Virus record (IMG/VR): IMGVR_UViG_3300038809_000036
Reading direction: 5' to 3' (one strand)
Length of the DNA stretch: 64,000 bases
Source: a virus
Below, one piece after another: positions 54,121-64,000 of the stretch; the first letter of the stretch is position 1; every line of letters starts with the position of its first letter. A program made the translations under genes and the position numbers. The notes under the pieces are model-generated. The model saw only the letters and a program-made list of their open reading frames with translations, was not told the origin of the DNA and did not search any database.

Positions 54121-55082
54121 TGGCCCGAATCCGCACGATCAAGCCGGAGTTCTGGACCTCCGAACAGGTGATGGAGTGTTCGACGAATGCTCGACTCCTG
54201 TTCATCGGGCTCTGGAATTTTTGCGACGATGCCGGCCGCATGGTCGCCTCGGAGAAGCGGATCAAGGCGAGCGTCTTTCCGTCCGACGACTTCACGGCCG
54301 AAAACGTTCGGCGAATGCTCGACGAATTGTCGTCGAATGGCCTGATCCTGCTCTATGTCATTGATGGCAAAGAGTATCTTCAGGTGACGGGCTGGCATCA
54401 CCAGAAGATCGACCGGCCTCAGAAGTCCAAAATCCCTGATCCTCCCGATCCTAATTCGCCGAACGGTCGTCGAACGATCGACGTAGGAAGGGAAGGGAAT
54501 GGAATGGAAGGGAAAGGAGATAAAACCCCCGCCGCCGTGGCTCACCCCGCGCGCCCGACCCTGAACCAGGCCGAGCCGGCAGCCGTCGCGACCGCCGAGG
54601 CGGCGGGGCCGGGCCTGGCCGAGGGCTGGAACACCCGGGCCAACTTCGACCGGGTCGAGGCCCGCGTCCGGTCCGCCCTCGGTGGCGGCCCGCAGGACCT
54701 CCGCATCGGTCCGATCGCCAAGCTGGAGGCCGATGGGCTCGACCTCGAAGCCGAGATCGTGCCGGCCCTGCTGGACATCGCCGCCTCGTCCCGGGTGCCG
54801 ATTCGGACCTGGACGATCTACGCCGACAGGGTCGCTGAGCGGGTAGCGGCGCAACGCCAGAGCCGCGTCGCTCAGGGCCTAGCCGCGGTGCCGGCAGCCC
54901 CGACACCCGCCGAGGAGCTCGTCGACCTCGGTGTCTCGGGACAGTGGCCCGAGCCGACCCTACGGAAGTGGATCGAGCGGTTCCGTCAGGACGCCGGCGC
55001 CTGGTCCGAGGCGGTGTTCGGGCCACCCCCCGGCCAGCCCGGATGCCGGATCCCGTCCCGGCTGCTGCTCGAGGCGGCGTGA
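54120..55082 (+). CDS. Replication initiator (lambda O-like N-terminus)
   Basis: MARIRTIKPEFWTSEQ...ARLLFIGLWNFCDDAGR. Confidence 0.8.
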   Translation: MARIRTIKPEFWTSEQVMECSTNARLLFIGLWNFCDDAGRMVASEKRIKASVFPSDDFTAENVRRMLDELSSNGLILLYVIDGKEYLQVTGWHHQKIDRPQKSKIPDPPDPNSPNGRRTIDVGREGNGMEGKGDKTPAAVAHPARPTLNQAEPAAVATAEAAGPGLAEGWNTRANFDRVEARVRSALGGGPQDLRIGPIAKLEADGLDLEAEIVPALLDIAASSRVPIRTWTIYADRVAERVAAQRQSRVAQGLAAVPAAPTPAEELVDLGVSGQWPEPTLRKWIERFRQDAGAWSEAVFGPPPGQPGCRIPSRLLLEAA

Positions 55083-55285
55083 TGGTCCGGCACCGGCGCA
55101 TCTCCGGCTCGGCCCTGCGCTGGGAGCGCATGCACCGAGATGCCGCGAAGGCGCTGGCCGCCCAGGCGGCGGAGGCCATGGCGGCTCGGTCAATGCCGGA
55201 GCCGAACCCTTCCCCAGCTGCGGGGGAGGTCGCACGACCGGACGCGCAAGCCGCGCGGACGGGTCAGGGGGCATCGGGAGCGTAG
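55082..55285 (+). CDS. Hypothetical protein
   Basis: TGATG-coupled, 67 aa. Confidence 0.45.
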   Translation: MVRHRRISGSALRWERMHRDAAKALAAQAAEAMAARSMPEPNPSPAAGEVARPDAQAARTGQGASGA

Positions 55286-55286
55286 C

Positions 55287-56126
55287 GTGAGCCAAAGGCT
55301 GACCCGGAAGCAGCGGCTGCGGTTGAAGCTGGAGCGGGAGCGAGCCCACAAGGCGTTCATGCGCCGAGGCGAGATCCTGCAGGACGAGCGGGCCGAACGC
55401 GACGAGGCGGACGCAGCGAAGGCGGACGAGCCCACGGAGAGCCCACGGGAGCGGCACGAACGGGAGCGCCGAGAGCGGGAGGCCGAGCGCATCGCCGCCC
55501 GCCGGGCCGAGCACGAGCTGCCGCCCGGCAAGCAATGGGCTATGGTGCAGGCCTGCGTCGGCCACACCGGCAAGTTGTGCGACAAGCTCCGGAACGCCGG
55601 CATCCCGTTCTTCCGGCCCCGGGACGAGATCGAGCAGCGGCTTGCCTCTGGCCGCATCCGCCGAATCCGGATGCCGCTATTCGACCACACCGTGTTCGTC
55701 GGTTTGGAGCAGCGGGGCCAACTGGAGCGCTTGGCCGTCGAGCATCCCTGGCTGATGGAGCGGCGGGTCTACGGCACCATGCCGTGCATGCGTCACGACC
55801 GGGCGTTCGCTTGGGACGTCGAGCGGATCGAGCGGCGGCAGACCGGAGTCGACGAGGCTGGCAACCCGGTGATCGATCCGGTGACCGTGCCCGACCAGGA
55901 GATGCGCTCGTTCGCGGAGGTGCTGATCAGGGCGGCGCCGATCCTTGATGACCTCGACAGGATCGAGATCGGCGAGACGGTGCGGGTGGTCGATGGCCCG
56001 TTCGCCAGCTTCGACGGGATCATCGAGGAGACCTACGAGAAGCTGAACCGATACAAGGTCTCGGTGAACATTTTCGGCCGAGCCACGCCGGTGGAGCTGG
56101 AGCGTCGGCAGGTTGAGCGGACGTGA
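55287..56126 (+). CDS. NusG-family antiterminator (NGN+KOW) with Arg-rich N-terminal extension
   Basis: [10 protein letters not shown] (NGN); [19 protein letters not shown]...[12 protein letters not shown] (KOW); last gene before the late operon. Confidence 0.88.
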   Translation: MSQRLTRKQRLRLKLERERAHKAFMRRGEILQDERAERDEADAAKADEPTESPRERHERERREREAERIAARRAEHELPPGKQWAMVQACVGHTGKLCDKLRNAGIPFFRPRDEIEQRLASGRIRRIRMPLFDHTVFVGLEQRGQLERLAVEHPWLMERRVYGTMPCMRHDRAFAWDVERIERRQTGVDEAGNPVIDPVTVPDQEMRSFAEVLIRAAPILDDLDRIEIGETVRVVDGPFASFDGIIEETYEKLNRYKVSVNIFGRATPVELERRQVERT

Positions 56127-56140
56127 TCCACACCCTGCAG

Positions 56141-56311
56141 TTGACTCGTCGTCCGGGCTCTGAATCTATGCGGCCCAGGACGACGCCCCTTGTACTCCCC
56201 GGCGACGGGTCGAAGGATGAGCTGGTGGCCCTGCCCCTGAGGCTTCTCAGGCGGCGAAAATGGCGGCTCGTGCCCGCCGAACACCCACCTCGAAATAGCG
56301 AGAACTAGCCA
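56141..56311 (+). promoter_or_regulatory. Candidate late promoter and leader
   Basis: TTGACT at 56141, AT-rich GAATCTAT at 56162; hairpin CCTGAG-GCTT-CTCAGG; GGCGGCGAAAATG. Confidence 0.45.
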
Positions 56312-56680
56312 ATGGCTCGTGGCGGATCGCTCCCGGGCGAGCGCCGCGGCGGGCGTCAGAAGGGTACGCCGAACAAGCGGACGGAGGCGCGGGCAGCTTT
56401 CCAGGCAGGTCGCCTCGATGTCTCCGGCGCATCTCCCCTCGACATCATCCTGGGCGCGGCCCGGGCGGCTTGGGCGGAGGCCCACCGCACAGATGGCGTG
56501 ATTGACCTGCGCATGGCCAGGGTCGCTGCCGACATCGCCAAGGACGCCGCGCCTTACCTGCACTCGAAGCTCATGCCAGCCTCGCAGCCCGGCGGCGACG
56601 ACGACATGGCGAAGGCCCGGCGCATCAAGGGCATGCTCGACGAGATCGAGGGCGCGATTGACCAGCCCGACACCGAGTAG
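56312..56680 (+). CDS. terS: Terminase small subunit
   Basis: GERRGGRQKGTPNK N-terminus, AAPYLHSKL motif, upstream of terL. Confidence 0.85.
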   Translation: MARGGSLPGERRGGRQKGTPNKRTEARAAFQAGRLDVSGASPLDIILGAARAAWAEAHRTDGVIDLRMARVAADIAKDAAPYLHSKLMPASQPGGDDDMAKARRIKGMLDEIEGAIDQPDTE

Positions 56681-58010
56681 CGCACTCACCCCGCGCTGGA
56701 CGCGCCTACGGTTCCACCCGACGCAGCGGGCCTACTGGACCAGCCCGCACCGCTTCAACACCGTCCCGGCCGGCCGCCGATCCGGTAAGACCGAGCAGGC
56801 CAAACGCAAGCTGATCAAGGCGGCGCTCCGCGGCACGGCGTTCGAGCGGCCCCGATTCTTCGCTGGAGCACCGACCCGGGACCAGGCGAAGCGGATCTAC
56901 TGGGACGACCTGAAGGCGATGATCCCGGCCGAGCTGCTGCTGGGGCGCCCATCCGAGACCGACCTGTCGATCCGGCTGGTGAACGGGTCCGAGCTCGTGG
57001 TCGTCGGCCTCGACAAGCCGGAGCGCATCGAGGGCCAGCCCTGGGACGGCGGCGTGCTCGACGAGTTCGCGAACATGAAGGCCCATGCCTGGGCGGCGAA
57101 CGTCCGCCCGGCGCTCTCGGATCGGCAAGGGTGGTGCGACCTGATCGGCGTGCCCGAAGGCCGGAACCACTACTACGACCTCGACCGCATGGCGCGGGCC
57201 GAGATGCAGGCGAAGGGTGCCGGCTCCGAGTGGGGCGCCTTCACCTGGACCTCCGCCGAGATCCTGCCCGCGGAGGAGATCGCCTCCGCCCGCCGCGACC
57301 TCGACGAGCTGACGTTCCAGCAGGAATACGAGGCCTCCTTCGTCAACTTCGAGGGTCGGGCCTACTACCCGTTCACCGAGGCGGTGCATTGCCAGCGCCT
57401 CACCTACGACCCGGCCCGGCCGCTCGCCCTGTGCTTCGACTTCAACGTCGATCCGGGCGTCGCGGTCATCGCGCAGGAGCAGCGCCTACCGAACGGCCAG
57501 GACGGCACCGGCATCATCGGTGAGGTCCACATCCCGCGGAACTCGAACACCCCCGCGGTATGCCGTCGGATCATCCAGGACTGGGGCCGGCACGCGGGCC
57601 GCGTGGTGTGCTTCGGCGATGCGTCGGGCGGCGCCCGGGGCTCGGCCAAGGTGGCGGGCTCGGACTGGGACCTGATCCGGCGCGAGCTCGGCGGCACGTT
57701 CGGCCAGCGGCTCTTCTTCGAGGTGCCAGCGGCGAACCCCGCGGTGCGCGCCCGGGTCAACGCGGTGAACACCCGGCTGAAGGCCGGCGACGGCACGGTC
57801 CGCATGATGGTCGACCCCGCCCGGGCGCCGAACGTCGTGAAAGACCTCGAAGGCGTCCGGCTGCTGGCCGGTGGCTCTGGTGAGATCGACAAACGGGCCG
57901 ACCCGGCGCTGTCGCATATAAGTGACGGCCTAGGCTATTTCATAGCGAGAGTTTTTCCGATTGCAGAGACCGGCAAGGTAGCTACCGGGACGACTGTCGG
58001 AATGTATTGA
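56658..58010 (+). CDS. terL: Terminase large subunit (repeat copy)
   Basis: Same as 323-1675. Confidence 0.93.
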   Translation: MTSPTPSSALTPRWTRLRFHPTQRAYWTSPHRFNTVPAGRRSGKTEQAKRKLIKAALRGTAFERPRFFAGAPTRDQAKRIYWDDLKAMIPAELLLGRPSETDLSIRLVNGSELVVVGLDKPERIEGQPWDGGVLDEFANMKAHAWAANVRPALSDRQGWCDLIGVPEGRNHYYDLDRMARAEMQAKGAGSEWGAFTWTSAEILPAEEIASARRDLDELTFQQEYEASFVNFEGRAYYPFTEAVHCQRLTYDPARPLALCFDFNVDPGVAVIAQEQRLPNGQDGTGIIGEVHIPRNSNTPAVCRRIIQDWGRHAGRVVCFGDASGGARGSAKVAGSDWDLIRRELGGTFGQRLFFEVPAANPAVRARVNAVNTRLKAGDGTVRMMVDPARAPNVVKDLEGVRLLAGGSGEIDKRADPALSHISDGLGYFIARVFPIAETGKVATGTTVGMY

Positions 58011-58077
58011 TGTTGTAGCCTATCGCATCTGGCTATTGGATATGGTATGCTTCTCTCGATTAGGCGAGAGAATTGCC

Positions 58078-58707
58078 GTGACTGACCCGATTGCTATCAG
58101 CGAGACTGCCCAAGACTATGAAGGAGAGCGGTTTTATCGCCACGACGGCCCAAAGCGTTATTTCCGTCGGCCGCAGCGGTCTGGTGAAACGTACCTTCAC
58201 CGCGTTGTGTGGTCCCGGCATAACGGCGCCATTCCGACAGGTGGTCACGTCCACCACAAGGACGGCGATCGCGGCAACAATGGCATCGGCAATCTCGAAC
58301 TGCTGACGCCGAGGCAGCACGTTCAGCACCATCGCGATCAGGACCCCGAAAGGTGGAAGGCTGATCGGGCGCGCGGACTGGAAGCCGCACGAGAACGCGC
58401 AAAAGAATGGCACGCTAGCCCTGAGGGCCGAGCATGGCACCGCGCGCATAGGGCAACGCATGCCAGTGCGGTTGAGGCCAGAACCATTGCCTGCACCTGC
58501 GAGGCATGCGGAACGGCTTTCATGGCCACGAGAAAAGCTCAGTTCTGCTGCCGAGCATGCAAAGCCGAAGGACGGCGCCGATCGGGCGTGGATGACGAGA
58601 CCCGCACGTGCGCTCACTGCGCCGAGCCGTTCAAGGTGAACCGCTATGTCGCCAAACGATTCTGCTCTCGCTCATGCTCGTCGCGTTCTAGGTCTGTGAC
58701 GGCCTGA
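58078..58707 (+). CDS. HNH endonuclease (repeat copy)
   Basis: Same as 1743-2372. Confidence 0.85.
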   Translation: MTDPIAISETAQDYEGERFYRHDGPKRYFRRPQRSGETYLHRVVWSRHNGAIPTGGHVHHKDGDRGNNGIGNLELLTPRQHVQHHRDQDPERWKADRARGLEAARERAKEWHASPEGRAWHRAHRATHASAVEARTIACTCEACGTAFMATRKAQFCCRACKAEGRRRSGVDDETRTCAHCAEPFKVNRYVAKRFCSRSCSSRSRSVTA

Positions 58708-60356
58708 TGCCGCTCTCGTCGAAGCATCCGAAATACGCGGAGGCCGCGCCCGACTGGAAGGTGGTTCGCGACACCCACGCCGGTGAGCGCCGGGTGAAGG
58801 AGCTCGGCACCGAGTACCTGCCGGCGACTTCCGGCATGATCGCGGCCGGGTTCATGAGCGGCGTCAGCAGCCATGCCCTGATCGGCCGGCAGCGCGAGGA
58901 TGGCCAGGTAGAGGCCCGCGTCGGCGGCTCATACCTCAACGAGGGCCAGGCCCAGTACGACGCCTACCGCTGCCGGGCGGTGTTCCACCCGCTGGTCGCC
59001 GCCTCCGCCGAGGCGCTGATCGGCATCATGCATCGCAAGCCGCCGACGATCGAGCTGCCCAAAAAGCTGGAATCGCTGCGGGAGGACTGCACCCAGGACC
59101 GCGAGGGCCTGGCGACGCTGCTGCGGCGCATCAACGAGGAGCAGCTGCAAACCGGACGGCTCGGCCTGCTGCTCGACGTGCGCGGCGATCTCGGGCCAGG
59201 GGCGCTGCCCTACCTCTCGACCTACACCGCCGAGAGCATCCTGAACTGGGGCGTGGACCGGGTCACCTCGCCCGGTAAGCTCCTGTTCGCGGTGCTCGAC
59301 GAGAGCGGCGACCAGCTGCAGGACGATCTGAGCTACGCGCACCAGCGGCGCTACCTTGTGCTGGGCGACGCCGCCACGGAGTTCGTGAGGCGGGCCGCCG
59401 GCGCGGACGCCGAGATGCCGGCCGAGGGCTACGTCGCTGCTGCGGTGACCGACACGGACGAGGCTGCGGCTCTGCCGTTCAAGGCGCCGCAGATCGCCGG
59501 CCAGGGTCTCCCCGAGATCCCGTTCGTGACGATCGGCGCCAAGGACCTGCAATGGGATCCGGACGCGCCGCCGCTGCTGCGGGTCGCCTCCATGGCGCTG
59601 GCGATCTACCGAGGCGAGGCCGACTACAGGCACGCGCTGTTCATGCAGGGGCAGGAGACGCTGGTCGTCATCGGCGCCAAGAGCGGGAGCGCCTACGCGG
59701 AGCCGGGCGAGGCCGTGAAGGGCCAGCCGCTACAGCTCGGTGCCAACGGCCGTATCGACCTCGAGGTGGACGGCGACGCCAAGTTCATCGGCGTCTCGTC
59801 CACGGGCCTCTCGGCCATGCGGGATGCGATCCGGGACGACAAGACCGCAGCCGCGGAGATGGGTGCCCAGATCATCGGCGACCGGTCCGGCGGCGCGGAA
59901 TCGGGCGACGCCCTGGAGATCCGCGTCGCGGCCCGGACCGCCACTCTGTCGAGCGTCGCGCTCGCCGGCGCGCAGGGTCTTGAGCGCATCCTGAAGATGG
60001 CCGCCACCTGGGTCGGGGCGGACCCGGACGAGGTGAAGGTCACCCCGAACCTCGACTTCGCCGGAACGCCGATCACCGGCTCCGACATCCTGCAGATCAC
60101 CCAGGCCAAGAGCATGGGCCTGCCGCTCTCCTGGGAGAGCATCCACGACTGGCTGGCCCGGAAGGGCTTCACCTCCAAGACCTACGAGGAGGAGGAGGAC
60201 CAGATCGAGGGCGAGGGGCCAGCCCTCTCCGGTTCGGGAGAGGGTGGCAGCAGCCTCGACGACGGCGACGACGAAGCCACGGACGACGACGCGGCCGCGG
60301 TCACGGATGACGACCTGAAGGGCCTGTTCGCGCCCGAGACTCTGGCCCAGGCCTGA
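58707..60356 (+). CDS. Portal protein (repeat copy)
   Basis: Same as 2372-4021. Confidence 0.85.
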   Translation: MPLSSKHPKYAEAAPDWKVVRDTHAGERRVKELGTEYLPATSGMIAAGFMSGVSSHALIGRQREDGQVEARVGGSYLNEGQAQYDAYRCRAVFHPLVAASAEALIGIMHRKPPTIELPKKLESLREDCTQDREGLATLLRRINEEQLQTGRLGLLLDVRGDLGPGALPYLSTYTAESILNWGVDRVTSPGKLLFAVLDESGDQLQDDLSYAHQRRYLVLGDAATEFVRRAAGADAEMPAEGYVAAAVTDTDEAAALPFKAPQIAGQGLPEIPFVTIGAKDLQWDPDAPPLLRVASMALAIYRGEADYRHALFMQGQETLVVIGAKSGSAYAEPGEAVKGQPLQLGANGRIDLEVDGDAKFIGVSSTGLSAMRDAIRDDKTAAAEMGAQIIGDRSGGAESGDALEIRVAARTATLSSVALAGAQGLERILKMAATWVGADPDEVKVTPNLDFAGTPITGSDILQITQAKSMGLPLSWESIHDWLARKGFTSKTYEEEEDQIEGEGPALSGSGEGGSSLDDGDDEATDDDAAAVTDDDLKGLFAPETLAQA

Positions 60357-61621
60357 TGCCCGCCGCCCGGAAATCGGGCCCGAGCAACCCGGGCTTCGAC
60401 GCCAAGCATCCCCGCGCGGCCGGCGGCCGGTTCGGCAGCAAGGGCGGGACCGAGAAGCCGGGCCGCAAGCTGATCGGCGAGGAGCGGCTCAAGACCTCTG
60501 GCGTGACGGTTGACGACGCGATCGAGGTCCTGTCCAGCCGGGTCCGCGCCTACCAAGGCGCCAAGACGGTTCGGGACTTCGTCGAGGACCACCCCAAGGG
60601 TCGCGCCTACGCGCTGCGCAAGCTGGCGGCAGACCACAAGGCCGGGCGGATCGGGTTCAAGGGCGCCGCACAGGCGCCGAAGCAGGCTGCGGGCTCCGGG
60701 GCGGCCATCGACCCGAAGCTGTCCGACGGCTCGTTCCGGGCCAACACCGAGCGGGTCACCGAGGGGCTGAAGGGCGACGACTTCCTGATCTCGCTCAACG
60801 GCAGCAAGCGCTACCTGATGGGCATCACGGTCGATCAGGCCGCAGCGAACCACCCGAAGGGCCGCGCGGCCGGACTCAAGCAGATCGCCGCCGACCTGAA
60901 GGCCGGGCGGCTGCAGGCGGAGCGGACCAAGGGGGCGAAGGCCAAGGCGCCAGCCAGGAACGCGGATATCGAGCCCGGCGAGGGTATGCGCCCCTCCATG
61001 CTGCCGGGTGAGGAATCGTTCTCGTGGGGCTCGGGCACGACCCGCACGTTCCGCGACCAGGTTCGGAAGGGTTACGACGCGGTCCCGGCCAAGATCCGGA
61101 CCATGCTCCGTGAGAAGGGTGTGACGATCAGCGGGCCGAAGAGCGCGTCGCAGTTCGACAGCAGTTTCGCCGGTAGCGACGCCCGAGGCCACACCGCTGG
61201 CTCGACGCTGGAGCACGCCCCGGGATTTTACCGGCCGACCTTCAAGCAGGTGGTCGTCAGCGAGCAGCACCTCGACGTGTACGCGCCGGGCAAGGGGTAT
61301 CGGAAGGCCGACGATCCTGCCGGCATCATCCGGCACGAGATCGGGCACGCCGTCGATTGGAGCCAGGGGCGGCTGAGCAACAAGCCCGAGTTCGCCAAGG
61401 CCTTCAATGAAGACCTTCGCGCGTTCGAGCGGGGCGGTGGCAAGCGTACCGATCCGCGGTATGCCTACTACCTGCAGCGGGATGATGCCGGGCCGTCCGA
61501 GATGTTCGCGGAGCAGTTCAACCAGCACCTGGGCGGTTCGGGCGACCCCGGCAGCGACCTGCGGGCGACGTTCCCCAGGACGGCCGGCTACATCGCGGAT
61601 CTCGTGAAGAGGCTGTCGTGA
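60356..61621 (+). CDS. Zinc metallopeptidase-domain protein (repeat copy)
   Basis: Same as 4021-5286. Confidence 0.7.
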   Translation: MPAARKSGPSNPGFDAKHPRAAGGRFGSKGGTEKPGRKLIGEERLKTSGVTVDDAIEVLSSRVRAYQGAKTVRDFVEDHPKGRAYALRKLAADHKAGRIGFKGAAQAPKQAAGSGAAIDPKLSDGSFRANTERVTEGLKGDDFLISLNGSKRYLMGITVDQAAANHPKGRAAGLKQIAADLKAGRLQAERTKGAKAKAPARNADIEPGEGMRPSMLPGEESFSWGSGTTRTFRDQVRKGYDAVPAKIRTMLREKGVTISGPKSASQFDSSFAGSDARGHTAGSTLEHAPGFYRPTFKQVVVSEQHLDVYAPGKGYRKADDPAGIIRHEIGHAVDWSQGRLSNKPEFAKAFNEDLRAFERGGGKRTDPRYAYYLQRDDAGPSEMFAEQFNQHLGGSGDPGSDLRATFPRTAGYIADLVKRLS

Positions 61622-61845
61622 AGCAGCGGTGGTTCTTCCAGATCGTCGACGGCGCCGTGCTCATGCGGGCCCGGGTCGAGGTAGACGGCGCGATTGCGGA
61701 CGCTCAGTCCCGCATCGAGCCGGGCGATGACAGCGGAATCAAGGGCCTGACCTATGAAGCCCTGGCCGAGGCCGGCGGCGGGGTCCTTGAGATCGACGAT
61801 GACGGCTCCTTCACGATCACGTCGGCGGACGACGAGCAGGACTGA
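61618..61845 (+). CDS. Small acidic protein (repeat copy)
   Basis: Same as 5283-5510. Confidence 0.6.
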   Translation: MKQRWFFQIVDGAVLMRARVEVDGAIADAQSRIEPGDDSGIKGLTYEALAEAGGGVLEIDDDGSFTITSADDEQD

Positions 61846-61853
61846 ACCACGGC

Positions 61854-62945
61854 ATGCCGGCGACGCTCAACGAGACGCTGCTCGACGCCCAGGTCTCGCA
61901 CCTGATCGGCCTTCAGCGCCTCGGCTCGGGCATCCTGCGTAAGATCCTGGCCCTGTTGAACCGCACGGACAGCGACATCGCCGACACGATCCGCGAGCGC
62001 CTCGCCGACGTCGAGCCCGGGACGATCGAGACCACCTTCACCACCGAGCGGCTGAACCTGCTGCTCGACGCCATCCGAGCCATCGGCGACAGGGTGGGTG
62101 ACGAGATCCAGGCCCGGCTGCTGAAGGAAGCGCTCGGCCTGGCCGAATACGAGGCCGAGTTTCAGGTCAGCACGATCACCGAGCACCTGCCGGTGCGCTT
62201 CGACGTGGTGCAGCCCACCATCGAGCAGCTGCAGGCCGTGGTGACCAAGCGACCGTTCCAGGGTCGGCTGCTGCGGGAATGGGCCAAGGGCCTCGGCAGC
62301 GACCGCAGCCGCCGCGTCCATGATGCCATCCGGATCGGGATGGTGGAGGGCGAGACCACCGACCAGATCGTCCAGCGCGTGCGTGGGCGCCGGTCAATGG
62401 ACTACAAGGACGGGGTGCTCGAAATCAGCCGCCGGGACGCCGAGGCGGTCGTCCGGACGGCGGTGACCCACATCGCCAGCGGCGCCCAGCAGGCGACCTA
62501 CGCGGCGAACGCCGACCTGGTGAAATCCTGGCGCTTCGTGGCGACGCTGGACATGCGCACAACAGTTTCGTGTGCATCCCTTGACGGCAAGGTCTTCCCG
62601 GTGGGCAAGGGGCCGATGCCTCCCCGGCATTTCCGGTGCCGCAGTTCCTCGGTTCCCGTCACCGCATCGTTCCGAGACCTCGGCATCGACCTCGACGAGG
62701 TCCCCGAGGGCATGCGGGCATCCATGGATGGGGCGGTCCCGGCGAGCCTGACCTACGGCGACTGGCTGAAGAAGCAGCCGGCCTCCGTGCAGGACGACAT
62801 CCTCGGCTCGACACGCGGCAAGCTGTTTCGGGCGGGCGACCTGCCCATTGACCGATTTACCGACCGGGCCGGCGCCGAGTACACGCTGGACCAGCTGCGG
62901 CGGCGCGAGGCGGGGGCTTTCAGGAAGGCGGGGTTGGCGGCATGA
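61854..62945 (+). CDS. MuF/gp7 head morphogenesis protein (repeat copy)
   Basis: Same as 5519-6610. Confidence 0.9.
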   Translation: MPATLNETLLDAQVSHLIGLQRLGSGILRKILALLNRTDSDIADTIRERLADVEPGTIETTFTTERLNLLLDAIRAIGDRVGDEIQARLLKEALGLAEYEAEFQVSTITEHLPVRFDVVQPTIEQLQAVVTKRPFQGRLLREWAKGLGSDRSRRVHDAIRIGMVEGETTDQIVQRVRGRRSMDYKDGVLEISRRDAEAVVRTAVTHIASGAQQATYAANADLVKSWRFVATLDMRTTVSCASLDGKVFPVGKGPMPPRHFRCRSSSVPVTASFRDLGIDLDEVPEGMRASMDGAVPASLTYGDWLKKQPASVQDDILGSTRGKLFRAGDLPIDRFTDRAGAEYTLDQLRRREAGAFRKAGLAA

Positions 62946-63223
62946 AGGGAATGAGCATGGGCGTGAAATCCACCGCTGCAGGTCGCAAACCTCCCGCTAG
63001 AGACGACTTCAACGCCGCTGATGCTAGGTTCATGCAAGACATGCTGGCTCATCACGAAATGGCAATCGCCATGTCAGAAAATATTATTAAAGACGGCAAG
63101 AATTCGAGCGTTTTAAAGCTTGCAAGGTCGATCAAGTCAGCGCAGTTGGATGAGATTTTGTTGATGCGTAAGTGGCTTTATAGCCGGGATCTTCCGGAAG
63201 ATTCTTCGAAGGTGAAAATGTGA
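62942..63223 (+). CDS. DUF305 protein (repeat copy)
   Basis: Same as 6607-6888. Confidence 0.75.
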   Translation: MKGMSMGVKSTAAGRKPPARDDFNAADARFMQDMLAHHEMAIAMSENIIKDGKNSSVLKLARSIKSAQLDEILLMRKWLYSRDLPEDSSKVKM

Positions 63224-63396
63224 GCGCTAAGCAAGGCCCTACGTATGAAACCTTTAAAAAGGTTGGAGGCACGCAATGAAGACTATGAGTATGGGTGGCA
63301 AGCCGAAGCTGACAAAGAACCCAGGTGGCGGGCAGAGGAAGACAAAATCTGCAAAGGGTGCGACGAAGGGCAAGAAGTAGGCTACGCTCCTCGCTG

Positions 63397-63624
63397 ATGG
63401 CCGACACCCGTCGCACTGAGAAGCCCGAACGCCCGATCCCGCACATCCAATGGACATGCGGGACGTGCGAGCGTGAGGCTGGTGTGGCGAGCAATGCCAC
63501 GACCCGGATCCGCAAGGGCGGCTACGTCAACCTGAAGACCGGCAAGCTTACGGGCGGCACGTTCTACGAGGTCTGCGCCATGTGCTTGGCGCGCGGGCGG
63601 ACGACGATCGTCTGCCGGGCCTGA
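63397..63624 (+). CDS. Zinc-ribbon protein (repeat copy)
   Basis: Same as 7062-7289. Confidence 0.55.
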   Translation: MADTRRTEKPERPIPHIQWTCGTCEREAGVASNATTRIRKGGYVNLKTGKLTGGTFYEVCAMCLARGRTTIVCRA

Positions 63625-63725
63625 ACACCGAAATCTGAGATCCGCGCCCCGAGCGTGGTCACCCGCCGGCAGCCATGGCGCTGACCGGCCTCTCCCGCCA
63701 TGGGGCGGGACGACGGAGCCCCACC

Positions 63726-64000
63726 ATGTCGAACCTGACCGACTTCGCACGGAGTGAACTCGCGCGCCTGCGCACGCCCAGCGACGAGCCCGACAAGATG
63801 CAGGACGCCATCGAGGCGAACGTGCTCAAGATCGTGGAGGTGTTCGCCGAGGCGGGCCACAGCGGCTCGTCCGCGCCCTACACCCTTGGCATCCTCGAAA
63901 AGGTGCTGCGCTTCGAGCCCCTGACGCCGCTCACCGGCGAAGACGATGAGTGGTTCGTCCATGATCACGACGACGAGTGCTACGCGCAGAACAAGCGCTG
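63726..64000 (+). CDS. Hypothetical protein (repeat copy, cut by the window end)
   Basis: Same as the 5' part of 7391-7831. Confidence 0.7.
   Translation, partial: MSNLTDFARSELARLRTPSDEPDKMQDAIEANVLKIVEVFAEAGHSGSSAPYTLGILEKVLRFEPLTPLTGEDDEWFVHDHDDECYAQNKR

Larger units (their letters stand above)
56336..64000. repeat. Direct repeat of positions 1-7665 (period 56,335 bp)
   Basis: All ORFs recur with identical translation at offset +56335; spot-checked sequence identical. Confidence 0.97.

Noticed and set aside
54481-54530. GGAAGGGAAGGGAATGGAATGGAAGGGAAAGG purine run as replication-origin iterons
   Set aside because: Encodes the GREGNGMEGKG linker common in such initiators; no clear iteron set was seen, though an origin in this gene remains possible.

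Overview
The window is one complete temperate, long-tailed (siphovirus-type) phage genome of an alphaproteobacterium, probably Methylobacterium-like (inferred from high GC, a CtrA-like gene, a GapR-like gene and the tRNA-Pro att core). The unit length is 56,335 bp: positions 56336-64000 repeat positions 1-7665, so the sequence is a circular or concatemeric genome read past its end. Gene order: terS, terL, HNH, DUF4055-type portal, zinc metallopeptidase plus small acidic gene, MuF/gp7, morons, scaffold, HAD, capsid, neck (including an Ntn-hydrolase), tail tube, frameshifted tail chaperones, tape measure with SLT domain, tail tip, two paralogous tail spikes, GH19 lysis cassette, attP (3' half of tRNA-Pro CGG), integrase/xis, leftward early operon, cI/cro switch with four operator copies, rightward replication operon, and a NusG-paralog antiterminator. 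The best candidate for an undescribed system is a set of seven GC-rich hairpins that all carry an AUGG loop in the leaders of three head-module genes, alongside a NusG paralog with an arginine-rich N-terminal extension just upstream of the late operon. All annotation was done by eye and no database searches were run; family names are pattern recognition.
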